Shown one piece after another: positions 1 to 13,362 of a DNA stretch of 64,000 bases; the first letter of the stretch is position 1; each line of letters opens with the position of its first letter. A program made the position numbers and the translations under genes. This DNA is from Azolla caroliniana (Eukaryota > Plantae > Polypodiophyta), in assembly GCA_043228905.1 (NCBI GenBank), contig JBHGNT010000001.1, positions 26,474,001-26,538,000 on the forward strand, written 5' to 3'. The notes under the pieces are model-generated. The model ran no database searches. It was not told the DNA's origin and saw only the letters and a program-made list of their open reading frames with translations.

Positions 1-2992
1 TGGTAACAATCGTTCGCCTAGGGACCATTGCCGTTATGAGGAGAGTTCAGAAGATGAACAATGCCTAGAGCTGCACCAAGAATATCGTCAACAACCCCGG
101 AATAACAGGTGAATTCAGCAAACCCGGGAAGAGCAAGCCGCACCGGTAGAAACCAATACACCGCCACGACTACTCTCAATTGCTAGGGACCTGACCTCAG
201 GTGAGAAGACAACAATAACAGAACTGCTCCGGGAATATAAGGATGTTTTCGCATGGTCACACGAGGACATGAAAGGGTTGGATCCGAAATTTTATCAGCA
301 CAAGATGAACTTGTCCACTGACGCGAAACCTGTGCAGCAGCGACGCTATTGAATGAACCCGAATTACGCGGCTCAGTAAAAGAAGAAATTGACAAACTGT
401 TGAAAGCAGGGTTCATTCGACTGGTCAAATAGGCCCCGTGGTTGAGTCCAATAGTCGTGGTGCCGAAGAAAAATAGGAAAATACGCGTTTGTGTGGATTA
501 CCGCAAGCTAAACGCCGTAACAATTACAGATGCGTTTCCCTTACCTTTTACAGATAGCATACTAGACGCCGTCGCGGGCCATGACATGTATAGTTTTTTG
601 GATGGCTTCAACGGATACAATCAAGTACGTATGCACCCTGACGACCAAGAGAAGACCGTGTTCGTCACGGACTGGGGCGTGTTCGATGCCGTAGTAATGA
701 TGTTTGGTCTGAAAACGGCGCCCGCCACTTTCCAACGAACAATTGTGAAGATTTTTGGAGAATACATACCTGCATTTATGCAAGTTTTTCTCGACGACTT
801 TGTGGTGTATGGAACATGAGGTGAACATTTGGGGCATCTACGACTTTGTTTGGAACGTTGCCATACGTCACGCCTCAGTTTTAAACCGGCGAAATGTGCA
901 TTTGGTGCCACTAGCGGAGCACTCCTTGGAGATATAGTAAGCAAGGAGGGGATAGCGGTAGACCCTAACAAAATCACGACAATCATCAAAGCAAAGACCT
1001 TGACTAATGCCAAAGCCCTTAGCCGCTTCTTAGGGCAAATACGCTGGCACAACCGTATGTTATGATACTTGGCAGATTTCACGAGTCCGTTACACGCCAC
1101 CGTACATCGTACTCCTTTCAAGTGGACGGCCGTAGAAGACAAAGCGTATGAGGCATTAAAGATAATGCTAACCCAAGCTCTAGTGGTACAATCACTAGAT
1201 TGGACGACACCTTTTCATGTATTTGTAGATGCCTCTGATATCGCAATAGGCAGTGCATTGATGCAGCTCACAAAGCCTAATTGGTACCGACCAGTTTATT
1301 ACACTAGTCGTAAATTATCGGATGCCAAATAGAACTACTCCACAACTGAGCTTGAGGCCTTGGGTATGATCTACGACAACAACAAATTCCAGCATTATCT
1401 ACTCGGACGAAAATTTACGTTTCACGTAGACCGCGCGACATTACTCTACCTGGTCGAGAAGTAGATGTTGACAGGGAAGCTGGCCAGATGGATGCTGCTG
1501 CTCCAAGAGTTTGACTTCGTCATTCAACATTGGTCGGGTACACAACATGCCGTACTTGATTTCTTAAGCAGAATAGACAACGGTGATAACATGTTGCGAC
1601 AAGATGATGACTTTCCCGACGCTGATATTTTGTGGGTCGCTACCACGGTGTCACGAGAAGAAAAGAATTTTCCGGATCGTTGTCTCATGGAGATGACCTA
1701 CTTTTTGACCACGGGGATGCCACCACCACAACTACGGACGGATGAAAAGAAACGACTGGTAGTCTGGAGTCGTAACTTCTATCTGGTTGAAGGCGTACTC
1801 TACCATAAAGGAAATGATGGCATTTGGCAGCGTGGAATACGACAGGATGAGAAGGAAGTCATACTATGTGAAACTCATTGTGGAACGGCCGGAGGACATT
1901 ACACATGTGATGTCACGGCTAGAAAAGTATGGCAAGCGGGTCTTTGGTGTCCAACTACGCAAAATGACGCGTATCAATACTGTAAGCAATGTGATCCGTG
2001 TCAACGCTTGGGGCAACCTACGGAGCTCGCAAGAATGCCTCACCAACCAGTACTCCCGCTTGACCCGTTCCAAAAATGAGGTCTCAATTTTGTCAGTCCC
2101 TTTACGCCGGCAATAACAAGGACAATCAACAAATACGTTCTCGTGGCAGATTACTGCACAAAGTGGGTGGAAGCCAAATCATTATGAGACAATATTGCGA
2201 CGTCCATGACAAGATTCCTTTATGAACACATCTGGTGCTGTTTTGGTTGCCCAATAGAGCCCATAAGCAACCAAGGGAGCCATTTCTTGAATTCGGTCAT
2301 CCACGAACTCACGCACCATTACACCGTAGTACACAAGAAGAGTACGCCATATTGCCCATATTCAAATGGGTTAGCAGAACCCATGAACAAGGCGTTACAG
2401 AATATCCTGAAAAAGATAGTGAATGAGAATAGAACAGATTGGGACACAAAGCTACACAATGCTTTGTGGGCGTACCGAACGAGTTACAAAACAAGTATAC
2501 AGTCCACGCCTTTCTGGTTAGTGTTTGGGTTAGAGGCCGTAATGCCCATCGAATTCCAGGTGCCCAGTTTGCGGATTCAAGTACGTGCCAGATTGTCGGA
2601 AGGCCAGTTCGAGCAGATCCGGCTGCAACAACTTCTCGAACTAGGCGAAGCTCGAGTCCGCAGCATGGCCATATTAGAACAAGAGCATCGACGACGTAAG
2701 GTGTTCGTAGAACAACATCGGGACACACGAGAGAAAGAATTCAAGGTTGGGAAAGCCGTACTAGTCTTTCAAACACGAATGGGGCCAATGCCAGGAAAGT
2801 TACGATTCCCCTAGACAGGGTTGTACTGGATAATTGGGGCGGAAAATGGGACCTTTCAGTTAGGTACCCTTGCCGGAGAAGTGTTACGCCAAAATGTTAA
2901 CGGATTCCGACTGAAGCCTTACATGGGATCTAAGCCCCCAAACCCGTTTCACGCCATAACGGACATGACGGATGGATCCCACACTAACCAAT
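1..2992 (+). pseudogene. pol: Degenerate Gypsy pol (RT, RNase H, integrase) of element A
   Basis: ORF fragments with SPIVVVPKK..RVCVDYRKLN, FLDDF, VDASDIAIG, LARWMLLLQEFDF, integrase HHCC remnant and ALWAYRT; interrupted by many premature stops. Confidence 0.92.
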
Positions 2993-3327
2993 AGCCGGGA
3001 CCCACGGGTAACACATGTAACAGTAATGATGTACCAGTAACCGTTGGGAAAAAAAGAAAAAACGAAAAAAAGAGAAGATATTCACGACTATTAAAAGGAC
3101 TTTATGCATGCACAAATCCCAAAAACAAGAATACGCGTTGCCACGATGTTAGACATGCCTATGAACCTTAAGGCACAAAAAGAAGGAAACAAAAGGTTTT
3201 CTGCACATTACAGAAAACAATCTCTAGCCTTCTACTCTCCTCGTTCTCCTCGTTCTCCTTGCTCTCCTGCATACCGCAGGCACCACGCACAACGCAGCTC
3301 ATGTGCTTTACCTGTCCATCTCTCTCG

Positions 3328-3405
3328 ATGCCGATCACCATCTCGGCAGCCTTGCAGGTGGCACATGGAAAAGAGGTTTGTGGGGTACATCCGGGTAGTA
3401 GAAGA
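3328..3405 (+). pseudogene. N-terminal piece of the extra 3' ORF of element A
   Basis: MP..AALQ..YIRVVE (with one frameshift) matches MPLAALQ..YLRVVD at 38128 in element B; cut by the Copia1 insertion. Confidence 0.6.
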
Positions 3406-3607
3406 TGTTGGAAAATATAAGGAAAAGAATAAAATTGTAAAATAATTAAAATAAACAGTTATGACTCCTGATACGAAGAGTCACATGTATCCTATATGAA
3501 AACATCACACACCTCTCTCTAATTGAGGAGAGAAGAGCAACAGGAAATCTAAAAATCAGAATTCATCCTTCTTTCTTTCTCTATCTCCCTGTCTCTGTTT
3601 CTCTACA
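3406..3607 (+). repeat. 5' LTR of Copia1
   Basis: TGTTGGAAAA...CTCTACA, direct repeat of 29661-29862. Confidence 0.93.
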
Positions 3608-3619
3608 TGGTATCAGAGC
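3608..3619 (+). promoter_or_regulatory. Primer-binding site for tRNA-iMet (Copia1)
   Basis: TGGTATCAGAGC immediately after the LTR. Confidence 0.93.
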
Positions 3620-3803
3620 AAGGTTCCATATACAATTATAGAGAAACAGAGATCAGAATCAACAAATCACTCAAGAATTCTTACCCTCCTCCAAGACCTC
3701 ATAGAGAAACAACAAACAGAGTCAACAAAACACTCTGTGGACTAGAATTCTTAATTTTTTAAAGACCTGTACATTCCTGGTTCTGAATTTTGTTTATTCA
3801 ACC

Positions 3804-6345
3804 ATGGCTCAGGCAACTCCTTCATCATCCCAAAACCTCATGCATAGAAAAACAAAAATTACCAAATTGAATAGCACCAACTATAGAGTCTGGAGTAGCA
3901 AAATGACCCTCATATTCAAACAACTAAAATTATGGGCAGTTGTTGAGGGTAGAGAGACACAACCCACAACGTCAGACCCGAACTACGTTGCATGAGAAGA
4001 AAAAGATCTAGCAGCAAAGCTAGAAATTATGTCGAATCTAGAGGACCAACAAGCCGACGCGATCAGAAATTGCTGCACTGCAAACGCCATGTGGATTGAC
4101 TTAAAAAACGAATTCGAACCAACTATAGACAGAAATCAGGTCATGACTCTAAACTCATTAGTAATTTTAAAGATGCAAGAAGAAGAGGATATGTGTGCAT
4201 TTATAAACTCATGGAAACACAAACTAGATGACTGTCTTACATCTGGAGTTGAATTAGAGTCAAAGTTGCAAGGACTTCTCCTATTAGGTGCATTGCCACC
4301 ATCATGGTGCACTTTCATCACCACCCAACATTTCAACACAAACACAACTCTCATTGACCTCATAAATTGTATAAGACAAGAAGAGGCAATGAAAAAGGCA
4401 CGCCGACCAGAACAAAGACAACACACATTAGCAATGATAGCATACCGTAACAAACAACCCTCTCAAAATCAAAGAACAAAATACAATCCTAGATATTACC
4501 TAGAAAATTTTAGATCACAAACTGGAGGCCTTAGGTTCTCACAAATTTTCTGCACCATTTGCAAGAAACCTGGACATACAAACAATCAATGTAGGTTTAG
4601 ACAAACCATAATTAAACAACCATATCAAAGATCTAGATCTCGAGTAGAAGCCCACTTAGCTGAAGAAATTTCAGAAGATGAATCATACCCAACTGAAACA
4701 AACAATGAAAAAATTGACAATGGTTATGACGGCCTCATGCAAGCATTCCTTGCCGAAGCTTTAACAACAGGAATCGATACAAAACAGAAATCTAACAACA
4801 CCTGGTATTTCGATACCGGTGCCACCCATCACATGACAAATAATAGACAATCCATAAAAAATTATAACCCCTTACCATCACCAATCCCCGTTGTGTTTGG
4901 TAATAATGGTAGGTTAAATGTTTTAGGAAAAGGGGACGTAAACCTCTTCCTGGAAAACAACCAAGTTCTTATAGTAGACAATGTTTATTTTGTTCCTGGA
5001 ATCACAAAAAACCTACTATCCGTTTGTCAAGCAACCAAAAATGGCACCTCCATAAAGTTCGAAGAAACATATGCACACATTAAGCATAAAACCCCGAACT
5101 GACAGATAACTAAATACATTTGTAAACATCTAGACGACGGACTTTATCGCATCCCATGCACACCCACATCCATCACATTAAAGCACACTATACAAAAACA
5201 AACGAACAATCTACTTTAACGAATCTGTGGCACCATCGGCTCGCACACAGTCATCTACAAGCCATAAAAAATATGCAATTTCATAATATGGAATTAGGCC
5301 TTCCAAAAGCCCACCTCACAAACTTGAAAATATATGAAGGGTGCATTCTTGGAAAAAGGCCCCAACATCCTTTTCCACGCCGACAAACCACCAGTAGTCA
5401 ACCACTACAACTTGTCCACAGTGATCTCTGCGGCCCTTTTCCTACAAAATCAATTAGTGGATCAATATACTTCATAAGCTTTATTGAGGACTATAGTAAA
5501 TTCACCGTTATTACTTTCTTAAAAACAAAAAATCAAGCTCTATCTGCATTCAAAAATTACCTTCACCTCGCTGAAAATCTAACTAACCACAAACTAAAAT
5601 CCCTACAAACCGATGGAGGAGGGGAATACCACTCAAAGGATTTCATAAATTTTTGCAAATCACAAGGAATCCACCATTGGAGGTCCGTTCCACACACACC
5701 TCAACAAAACGGCACTGCAGAAAGAAAAAATAGAAGCTTGTTAAATGCTGCTCGCAGCATGCTACATGCTGCAAAACTAGATTCGAAATTCTGGGAAGAA
5801 GCTATTGCGATAGCTTGCTATATCCAAAATCGAATCTACCATCACTCCCTAGGCTTCCTCACTCCATTCGAACTCTGGTATGGACATAAACCACACCTCC
5901 AAAATCTTAAAATATTCGGGTGTCTTGCATTTGCTCACATACTAGACACCAAAAGAAAGAAACTTGACACAAAAGCCAAGAAAGAAATCTTCGTCGGCTA
6001 TGGCGATGCCCACGGTTATAAAGCCTATTGCCTAATAACCCTGACACAAACACATTCTTTTTCAGTAGAAGCATCCTATTTGATGAAGATAACATTCTTC
6101 AAAAACATAAGAGTCCCAACAATTCCTTAACAAACATAGAAGTAGATAAACACCATCAAGGTAATGTCACTTCCTGGTCACTACAACTTGACGAACACTC
6201 TCTACATGATCCGCACCACGACTCCTCTAGCACAGCCGCTACACCATCCTCAGTTTCCCTAAGCTTGACAACACCCTCACACTATCACCCTTCTGACGAT
6301 GAATATGACTCCACATATTTGGACACCCAAATAAACTCATCACAC
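3804..6345 (+). pseudogene. gag-pol: Copia1 gag-protease-integrase, disrupted
   Basis: KLNSTNYRVW, CTICKKPGHTNNQC zinc knuckle, WYFDTGATHHM protease, LWHHRLAH, VHSDLCGP, TDGGGEY, PQQNGTAERKNR, FVGYG. Confidence 0.93.
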
Positions 6346-6734
6346 GATGGATAGCCTTCCCCTGGCTCGGTCGGCTAGCGCACACGTTGTCGTGGAGAAA
6401 ACTGTCCCTAGGAGGAAACGAGAGAAACCGTGCACGAACCGGACCTTCCATGTGTGGGCGTGTGAATTGATAACTTGTACATAATTATGTGTAGGGCGGC
6501 TGATGTAAATATACTAGGTGCGACACATTGATTAGGAAATCGATGTGTATCTCTGTCCGAAGGGACAGAGAATACAGTAATGTGACTGTGATTGAAGGAG
6601 AGTGGACTCTCCCCAACAACCTATATAAGGAAGAAGAGAAGGAAGAACAGGGCATCGTGCGTTAGTGAGGACGAAGTGCTGCCGGACCGTTGTCGTGAAG
6701 ATTCCGGGCCATAAGCGGAAACAACGTGAAACGC

Positions 6735-7833
6735 TGTCGTGAAGATTTTCGGCAATGGTGTGAAAATCACATAAGACGTACGAAATCAAGTGTCAATCAT
6801 ATAAAACAATAATAGTGAATATACAAATTTTAAGTAAGTTTAATATCTTAGTATAGAAGACGAAGATCTTGAAGAGGTGCACTTTACTACATAAGAAACA
6901 AACATCTAAGTGTCAACTTATGTGGGTAAGAAGTTGCGAAAGAAAAAGATAAAATTGTGAGATATCCCACATAGACATGACGAATAAAGCTCTCACCATA
7001 TATAAGGTAGAGCAAAAGTTATTATCTTTGTGTTTATGTGTGAAGCATATAGAGTTCAAGGTAACTTGAACTAAGAGTGGAGGTGGCCTAGCCACTTGTA
7101 AAGGTTTAGGCTAACCAAAACGGAACTGGACGGTAACCGATGATCGGCATGCGCCGACGGCGGTAGAATCGGTGTCTGACGAACCGGCTGGAAACCGGCA
7201 TCCGACGAACCGGCGACTAGATATATAAATATATAAAAATATATACATACATATATATACATATACAAGGAAGGCAAGTAAGGATTCGAACCTTGCACCT
7301 CCAAGTTAGGAGTCAATTGACTTACCACTAAACCAAGATATTTAGTTGAAATTATATCATTGTACTTTATATATAAATTCTCATACATGAGAGCTAAAAT
7401 AAGTGACATGGTTATCATGCACCACATGTAATACATGAGCGCCAAATGGCAAACATGCATTTTATGCATGTCTTGAACCCTCAAATGCATGAGGGCATCT
7501 ATAAAAGAGGGAATGAAAAAGATCAATTGGGGGGGGGGGGGGATTTTCTAGGATAAAAAGAAAGCTTTGTACTTTAAATCAAAATTAATATTAAGAAGAA
7601 AATTCGTTATCCTTTTGATGATATATGTACCTTGTTCTTGAAATCTAAAGTCAAGTGTTCTTAATCTCTCTCTCAATCTAAAATCAAGCGTTCTATCTTA
7701 TCTCTATCTCTCTCTCTTTCAATCTATCTTAATTCCTTTCCCGCTAAAGCTTGTGCAAACTTCGAGTCCTTCTGGTCCAGAACCCTGGCGGTTCCGCCTC
7801 GTGATTCGCGCCTAGTGACGGATCTTCACGACA
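6735..7833 (+). mobile_element. Solo LTR E1 inserted in the 5' LTR of D
   Basis: TGTCGTGAAGAT...ATCTTCACGACA termini, TSD ACGC/ACGC, TATA near 7500; second copy at 33634-34812. Confidence 0.85.
7282..7335 (-). promoter_or_regulatory. tRNA-type Pol III internal promoter (A and B boxes) within solo LTR E1
   Basis: Minus strand TGGTTTAGTGG and GGTTCGAATCC, starts 43 nt apart; conserved in E2. Confidence 0.6.
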
Positions 7834-8519
7834 ACGCGCAGGAACACCGGTATACGCGAGTGCACGCCTCGAGGGAATTAAGTAGGATAAGTACTAGGCA
7901 TGAGTATAAGGAGGGGGTACTAGGTAGTTAGAGCATTAAAGAAGATATGGACATCACATAAGTAGGGAGAGTTACGAGGAGAGAACCTAGGACGAAAAAG
8001 TGAAGGGTCATGAGTGCTTGTAACGGTCGCTACTTGTGCTATAAAAGGAGCGACCTTTGACTGTCTTTGGGATGCGATCGAGAGGAAAGGATACACAGAG
8101 AAAGACCGAGGACTGATCACGGAAGAAGGCGTTTCCCCTGCTCGCGTCAGACGCCCGAGTGCTCCTGACCGGGGGATCGACCTTCTGCGCATTGACGTCT
8201 CTTTGTACCTGGCTATTTGCCAAGCTCTACGCTCAATCACCGGCTCTGATTCGGCTGTAACCACTCACAGCACCGTGCACCTGTGTTTTAATAGAACTCA
8301 TTCTACCTAACATACTTTGTTCTCAGTGTCTTTTTCCGTGCCTGTGTCTACGGTTGACTCTCTTACTATCTCCCGTTCGCTAGACTTACCCGCTCTCCCG
8401 TGGTCTCAAGACATAAGCGATCCCCAAACTCCTCCCTCCTCCCTTTCTTGATTCCTTGGTTCGAGACCCTCGTGGTCCTACTGGACTCCACGCATCCGTG
8501 AGGATAACCTCGACATCTT

Positions 8520-8536
8520 TGGTGAACCCGACGCGA
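8520..8536 (+). promoter_or_regulatory. PBS for tRNA-Trp (Gypsy D)
   Basis: TGGTGAACCCGACGCGA, complementary (1 mismatch) to the 3' end of plant tRNA-Trp(CCA). Confidence 0.85.
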
Positions 8537-8561
8537 ATAAGGGCGGCAAAGGAATCTGGAG

Positions 8562-9449
8562 ATGAGGGGAAGCGAACTTGCAGAAGCGATGGCGGTGGCG
8601 GTAGACTGCCTAGTTAGTGCTCGCGAGGGTGCGAGTGCTATCGACCGGGTCATAGAGGCAACAATCGACAAGATAGGATGGTTCGGCGGAAAGGACGCCA
8701 TGAGCTACTTAGAGGCCTACTAATCTGAAATGCAAATGAGGAACATATCCGAAGATAGACGGCTAGCGGGGTTTCCCCGGGTCGTAACACCACACATCCA
8801 TACAGAGATGGTTGAGATACAAGCGGGCTGTCACGATTGGGCGGAGTTCGCAGAGGAAGTTCTCAAGAGGTACAACTACGATGATTCGCTCCGGCTATCG
8901 AGAAAGGATTTTATGAATTGGGTCAACAGCCTTGACAAGGGTCAGAACGCTTCTGCGCTCTAGGAGTTCGAGTCACGGTTCACACGACTCTCTAGGTTGG
9001 ACCGAATCGTGCTCGAAACGAGCAAGGTTCTATTTTTTGTCACTTCGTTCGACTCACATGTCCGGGAAAGCGTGGGTCTTCTTCTAGAAACCAACCGAGG
9101 CCTCACGATTGACTGGGAGACCGTCAAGGAAGTATGCAACAGGATTGACAAATGCCGGGACTGGAAAGAAAAGGGGTCCTTGTTAGTCGGACTGGTTGTC
9201 GAAATCAAGGCCGAACCAACGCCGACCCGAATGGAAGAAACGAGGAGGTGGCTCGAGCTAGGCCCACCCCCGACGAACATAGTTGTGGGACCAGCAGATG
9301 GCGCCGGACTAGAAGAACTGATAAGGATGGTGCGCGACCTCCAGTTCGCCCAGGCCCGACGAAGCGACAAAGGTCAGCCGCGTGACCGGCGAACACCAGC
9401 CAATCAGAGGTGCGTATGGTGCGACGCCACCGGACATGCCCGGAGAGAA
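8562..9449 (+). pseudogene. gag: gag of Gypsy D, cut at its zinc knuckle by Copia F
   Basis: Homologous to C gag at 16288; ends CVWCDATGHARRE. Confidence 0.8.
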
Positions 9450-9513
9450 TGTTGGGAGACAGGTCCCTCCGGATGGGAAGGGAGAAGAACAGTGCCGAAG
9501 GGAGAAGGGAAAC

Positions 9514-9790
9514 GGTATGAGGAGTACCCGGCTACGGAGAGCCGGATGATACAGACCCGGTATGAACCGGAGGAGGAGTACCCGGCTACGGAGAGCCGGA
9601 TGATACAGACCCAGTATGAACCGGACGAGGAGTACCCGGCTACGGAGAGCCGGATGGTGCAGGCCCGGTATGAACCGGATGAGGAGTACCCGGCTATGGA
9701 GAGCCGGATGGTGCAGGCCCGGTATGAACCGGATGAGGAGTACCCGGCTACGGAGAGCCGGATGGTGCAGGCCCGGTATGAACTGGAGGA
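9514..9790 (+). repeat. 54-bp tandem repeat, about 5 copies, in the LTR of Copia F
   Basis: Unit CGGTATGAACCGGANGAGGAGTACCCGGCTACGGAGAGCCGGATGRTRCAGRCC. Confidence 0.93.
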
Positions 9791-10279
9791 AGAGACATAT
9801 TCGTAAATATGTTTCTGAGAGCCCATTGTGGCTATATTTGTAAATAGCCGAAAAGTCATATTAGTATAAATATGACCTAGGGCAAACTAATATTATGTAG
9901 TTTTTATTCTTCCTTGTTGGTGCAAGAAGAAAAGAGAGTGCGTAACTGTACAAAGAGAGAGAGAGACGAGGTCGTTGCCTCTGTTGTAACCGCCGCCTGT
10001 GGTGAAGATTTGTGAGCACGAGGTCGGTGCCTCTGTGAACTCACTGTTTTGTACATTCATACATAGTGACAGTTTGCAGCCTATGGGCTGCCGTGGTTTT
10101 TCCCCTAGGTTGGGGTTTTCCACGTAAACCTCCTGTGTACCTCTTCTCTCCTTTTGTGTCGCGTTTTTTTTGTTTCCTGTTTTTCTGTGAAAGTAAGGAA
10201 TCTCGGTTGTGGCCGAGCGTCGGACATAAGGAACGTTGAGTTCCCGTCAAGTGGTATCAGAGCTCAATCGACACAGAAA

Positions 10280-13200
10280 ATGGACGAATCGTTTGGCGGC
10301 ATGTTCAAGCTCACCGGCTCCAACTATTCAGTGTGGAAGTCGAAGATGAGGGACATGCTCGTTGTTAAAGACCTCTGGATGCCGGTTCAGTTCGGGGACA
10401 AGAGACCGGACAAAATCGACGCCGCGATATGGGAGGTGATGCACATGAAGAGAACGGCATACATACGGTGCTTCATCGACATGAGCCTGTACAACAACTT
10501 CAATGAAGAGAGCAAGGCTCATGAGCTCTGGGAGAAGATCGACATAATGTTTCAAAACAAAAATGCTGTTAATCAGGTTTCGGTATTCCGGAAGCTAGTA
10601 AGACTCCGGTACCAAGATGGCTCCAGCATGGCGGAGCATATGAATGCCTTCCAGGGGCTGATACACCAGGCTACGTCATTGGAAGTACCCCTTGCCGATG
10701 AGGTATTAGCGTTACTCCTGCTTGGTTCCCTCCTGGATAGCTGGGAGACGTTGGTTGTCACTTTGGGCAACGCCGGGCCGGAAGGAAAACGGTTATCCCT
10801 AGCAAGAGTAAAGTCGAGCCTGCTAGATGAGGAGGCGCGTCGGAAGGATAAAGATACGAGCTCCGACTCCAAAGCACTCCTTACCGAATCGGAACGCGGA
10901 AGACATAGAAACCGTAGTCCCCAGAACCGGGAGAAGTCGGGGACACGGTCAAAGTCAAGGGGGAGGCCTACTTGCTTCTATTGCGGCAAGCCGGGACACT
11001 TCCAAAAGAACTGTCGGTATTTCCGTAAAGACAAGGAAACCGACGGTACCGATTCGAAGCAAACCCCGGAGGGGGCCGGACCGGAAGGGAACGACGGCAA
11101 TCGCGGCAAGTGAAGAAGAGTTGATGCTCATCAATGAGGAGAGTGAAATAAACCTTGCCGGCGACGAGATGACCTGGGTGGTAGACTCCGGAGCGTCGTT
11201 CCACCTTACCCTGGACCGGAAATGCTTCTCATCCTACTCAACCGGTGACCACGGCTGTGTCCGGATGGGGAATGAAGGTACATGCCAAATTATCGGCATA
11301 GGAGACGTGTGGCTGTCAACACCAACCGGATGCAAGTTGCTGCTGAGGGATGTTCGACACGTTTCGGAGGTTCGTCTGAACCTGATATCAGCCGGTCGGC
11401 TAGATGATGAAGGCTACACGGATAGCATCCGGAACGGGGTTATGAAGTTCAGCAAAGGGAGCCTAATTGTGGCTCGGGCCCGGAAGGTCAACACGTTGTA
11501 CCTGATCAATGCCCGGTTGTGTCCGGAAGAAGTGAACGTGGCATCCGACACTGCCGGTGAGCTGTGGCACAAGAGGCTGTGTCATATGAGCGAGGAGGGG
11601 ATGAAGAGGCTTGCAGACGACAACCTCATTCCAGTGAAGAACGTGCACTTAGAGAAGTGCACTGATTGTCTGGCCGGTAAGCAGAACCGGACCTCCTTCC
11701 GACCAAGGCCACCGATGAGACGTAATGCACCATTGGAGTTGGTGCATACGGATGTGTGTCAAGTAGACATGAAGTCACATGCCGGAGCGCAGTACTTCGT
11801 GACGTTCATAGATGACCACAGCCGGAAGCTGTGGGCCACACCACTGAAGACGAAGGATCAGGTGCTATCTGTCTTCAAAGAGCTCCACGCGAGAGTGGAA
11901 AGAGAAACCGGCTGGAAGCTGAAGGCGGTTCGAGCAGACAACGGAGGAGAATACCGGGGGTAGTTCGAGGAGTACTGCCGCTCGAAGGGGATCCGGCTCG
12001 AATTTACCGTGCCGAAAACGCCGGAACTAAACGGACTGGCCGAGAGGATGAACCGGACCATAACGGAGAGGGTCCGGAGTATGCTAGCGCATGCAAAACT
12101 AGCCAAGAAGTTTTGGGCTGAGGCATTGTCGACGGCGACATATGTGATAAACAGATCACCCTCAGTACCCTTGGACGGAGACACGCCACAGAGAGTATGG
12201 ACCGGTAAGGAAGTGTCCTACCGGCATCTGAGGGTGTTCGGGTGTCTCGCGTATGTGCATGTTGCAAAGGACCGGAGAGGAAAGTTAGATCCAAAGACCC
12301 GGCCATGCATATTCCTCGGTTACGGTGACGATGAGTTCGGCTACCGAGTGTGGGACCCGGTCGACAAGAAGGTATTCCGGAGTCGAGATATTATCTTCAT
12401 GGAGGACAAGACGCTCGCCGACTGGGAGTCGGAGAAGAAGATAATGAACTCCGAGTCGACCGGTAAGGATAGACTCTACGATGAGCAGACCCAACCGGCA
12501 AGAGACCGGTTAGCACTCGAGGAACCAGCTGGTTACGGTGAGGATACCGAACCGGCAGAAGAAGAAGTAGAGGAAGCTGAGACCGGAACCGGCCAAGACC
12601 CCGAATCGGATTCGGATGAAGAGAAAATGGAGGAGCCGGTTACCGAAGCCCGAAGATGTAGATATCCTCTCAGAGAGAGAAGGGCGCCCCGGAGATTTCG
12701 GGATGCAGAGCATGTTCTGCTAACCGATGAGGGGGAGCCGGAAAGCTTCGAAGAAGCAAAGGAAGACACCCACAGCAGAAAATGGTTAAGTGCCATGCAG
12801 GATGAGATGGATTCCCTGCATGAGAACCATACATATGAATTGGTGGAGTTGCCGAAAGGAAAGCGGGCACTCCGAAACAAGTGGGTGTACAAGATGAAAC
12901 CGGGAGATGCCGGCAACCCCCTGAGATACAAAGCCAGGATCATGGTCAAGGAGTTCCAGCAGAAGAAGGGCGTGGACTTCGATGAGATATTTGCCCCGGT
13001 AGTAAAGATGACCTCCATCCGGACGGTGCTGAGTATAGCAGCAAGCATGGACCTAGAGGTAGAGCAGCTGGACGTGAAGACGACATTCCTCCACGGCGAC
13101 CTCGAAGAGGAGATCTACATGCAGCAACCAGAAGGATTTGTGGAGAAAGGGAAGGAGCACCTGGTATGCCGGTTGAAGAAGAGCCTGTACGGATTGAAGC

Positions 13201-13362
13201 AGGCTCCCCGACAATGGTACAGGAAGTTCGACTCCTTCATGACCGATCAAGGGTACCACAAGTCGCAGGCCGATCACTGCGTGTTTGTGAAGAAGTTCGA
13301 AGGAGGGGACTTCCTGATACTCCTCCTGTACGTGGATGACATGTTGATCGTCGGACGAGACC
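10280..13362 (+). pseudogene. gag-pol: Copia F gag-pol (gag, PR, INT, RT up to YVDD) with a frameshift and a stop
   Basis: CFYCGKPGHFQKNC, WVVDSGASFH, LWHKRLCH, VHTDVC, RADNGGEY, QLDVKTTFLHG, SLYGLKQAPRQW, LYVDDML. Confidence 0.94.

Larger units (their letters stand above)
9450..13362 (+). mobile_element. Copia F (Tnt1/Tork-like), 3'-truncated within RT
   Basis: LTR 9450-10249 (TGTTGGGA..TCCCGTCA), PBS TGGTATCAGAGC 10252-10263, gag-pol from 10280; no 3' LTR. Confidence 0.88.

Noticed and set aside
7529-7542. G homopolymer as a G-quadruplex element
   Set aside because: Absent from the sister LTR E2; likely slippage or a sequencing artefact.
6735-7833. E1/E2 as a MITE or DNA transposon because of the 12-bp terminal inverted repeat
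   Set aside because: TG..CA ends, the first 13 nt shared with the D LTR, the same 4-bp TSD and an internal TATA fit a solo LTR better.
8997-9806. 269-aa repeat protein as a host gene
   Set aside because: Chance fusion of a Gypsy gag fragment with a Copia LTR minisatellite.
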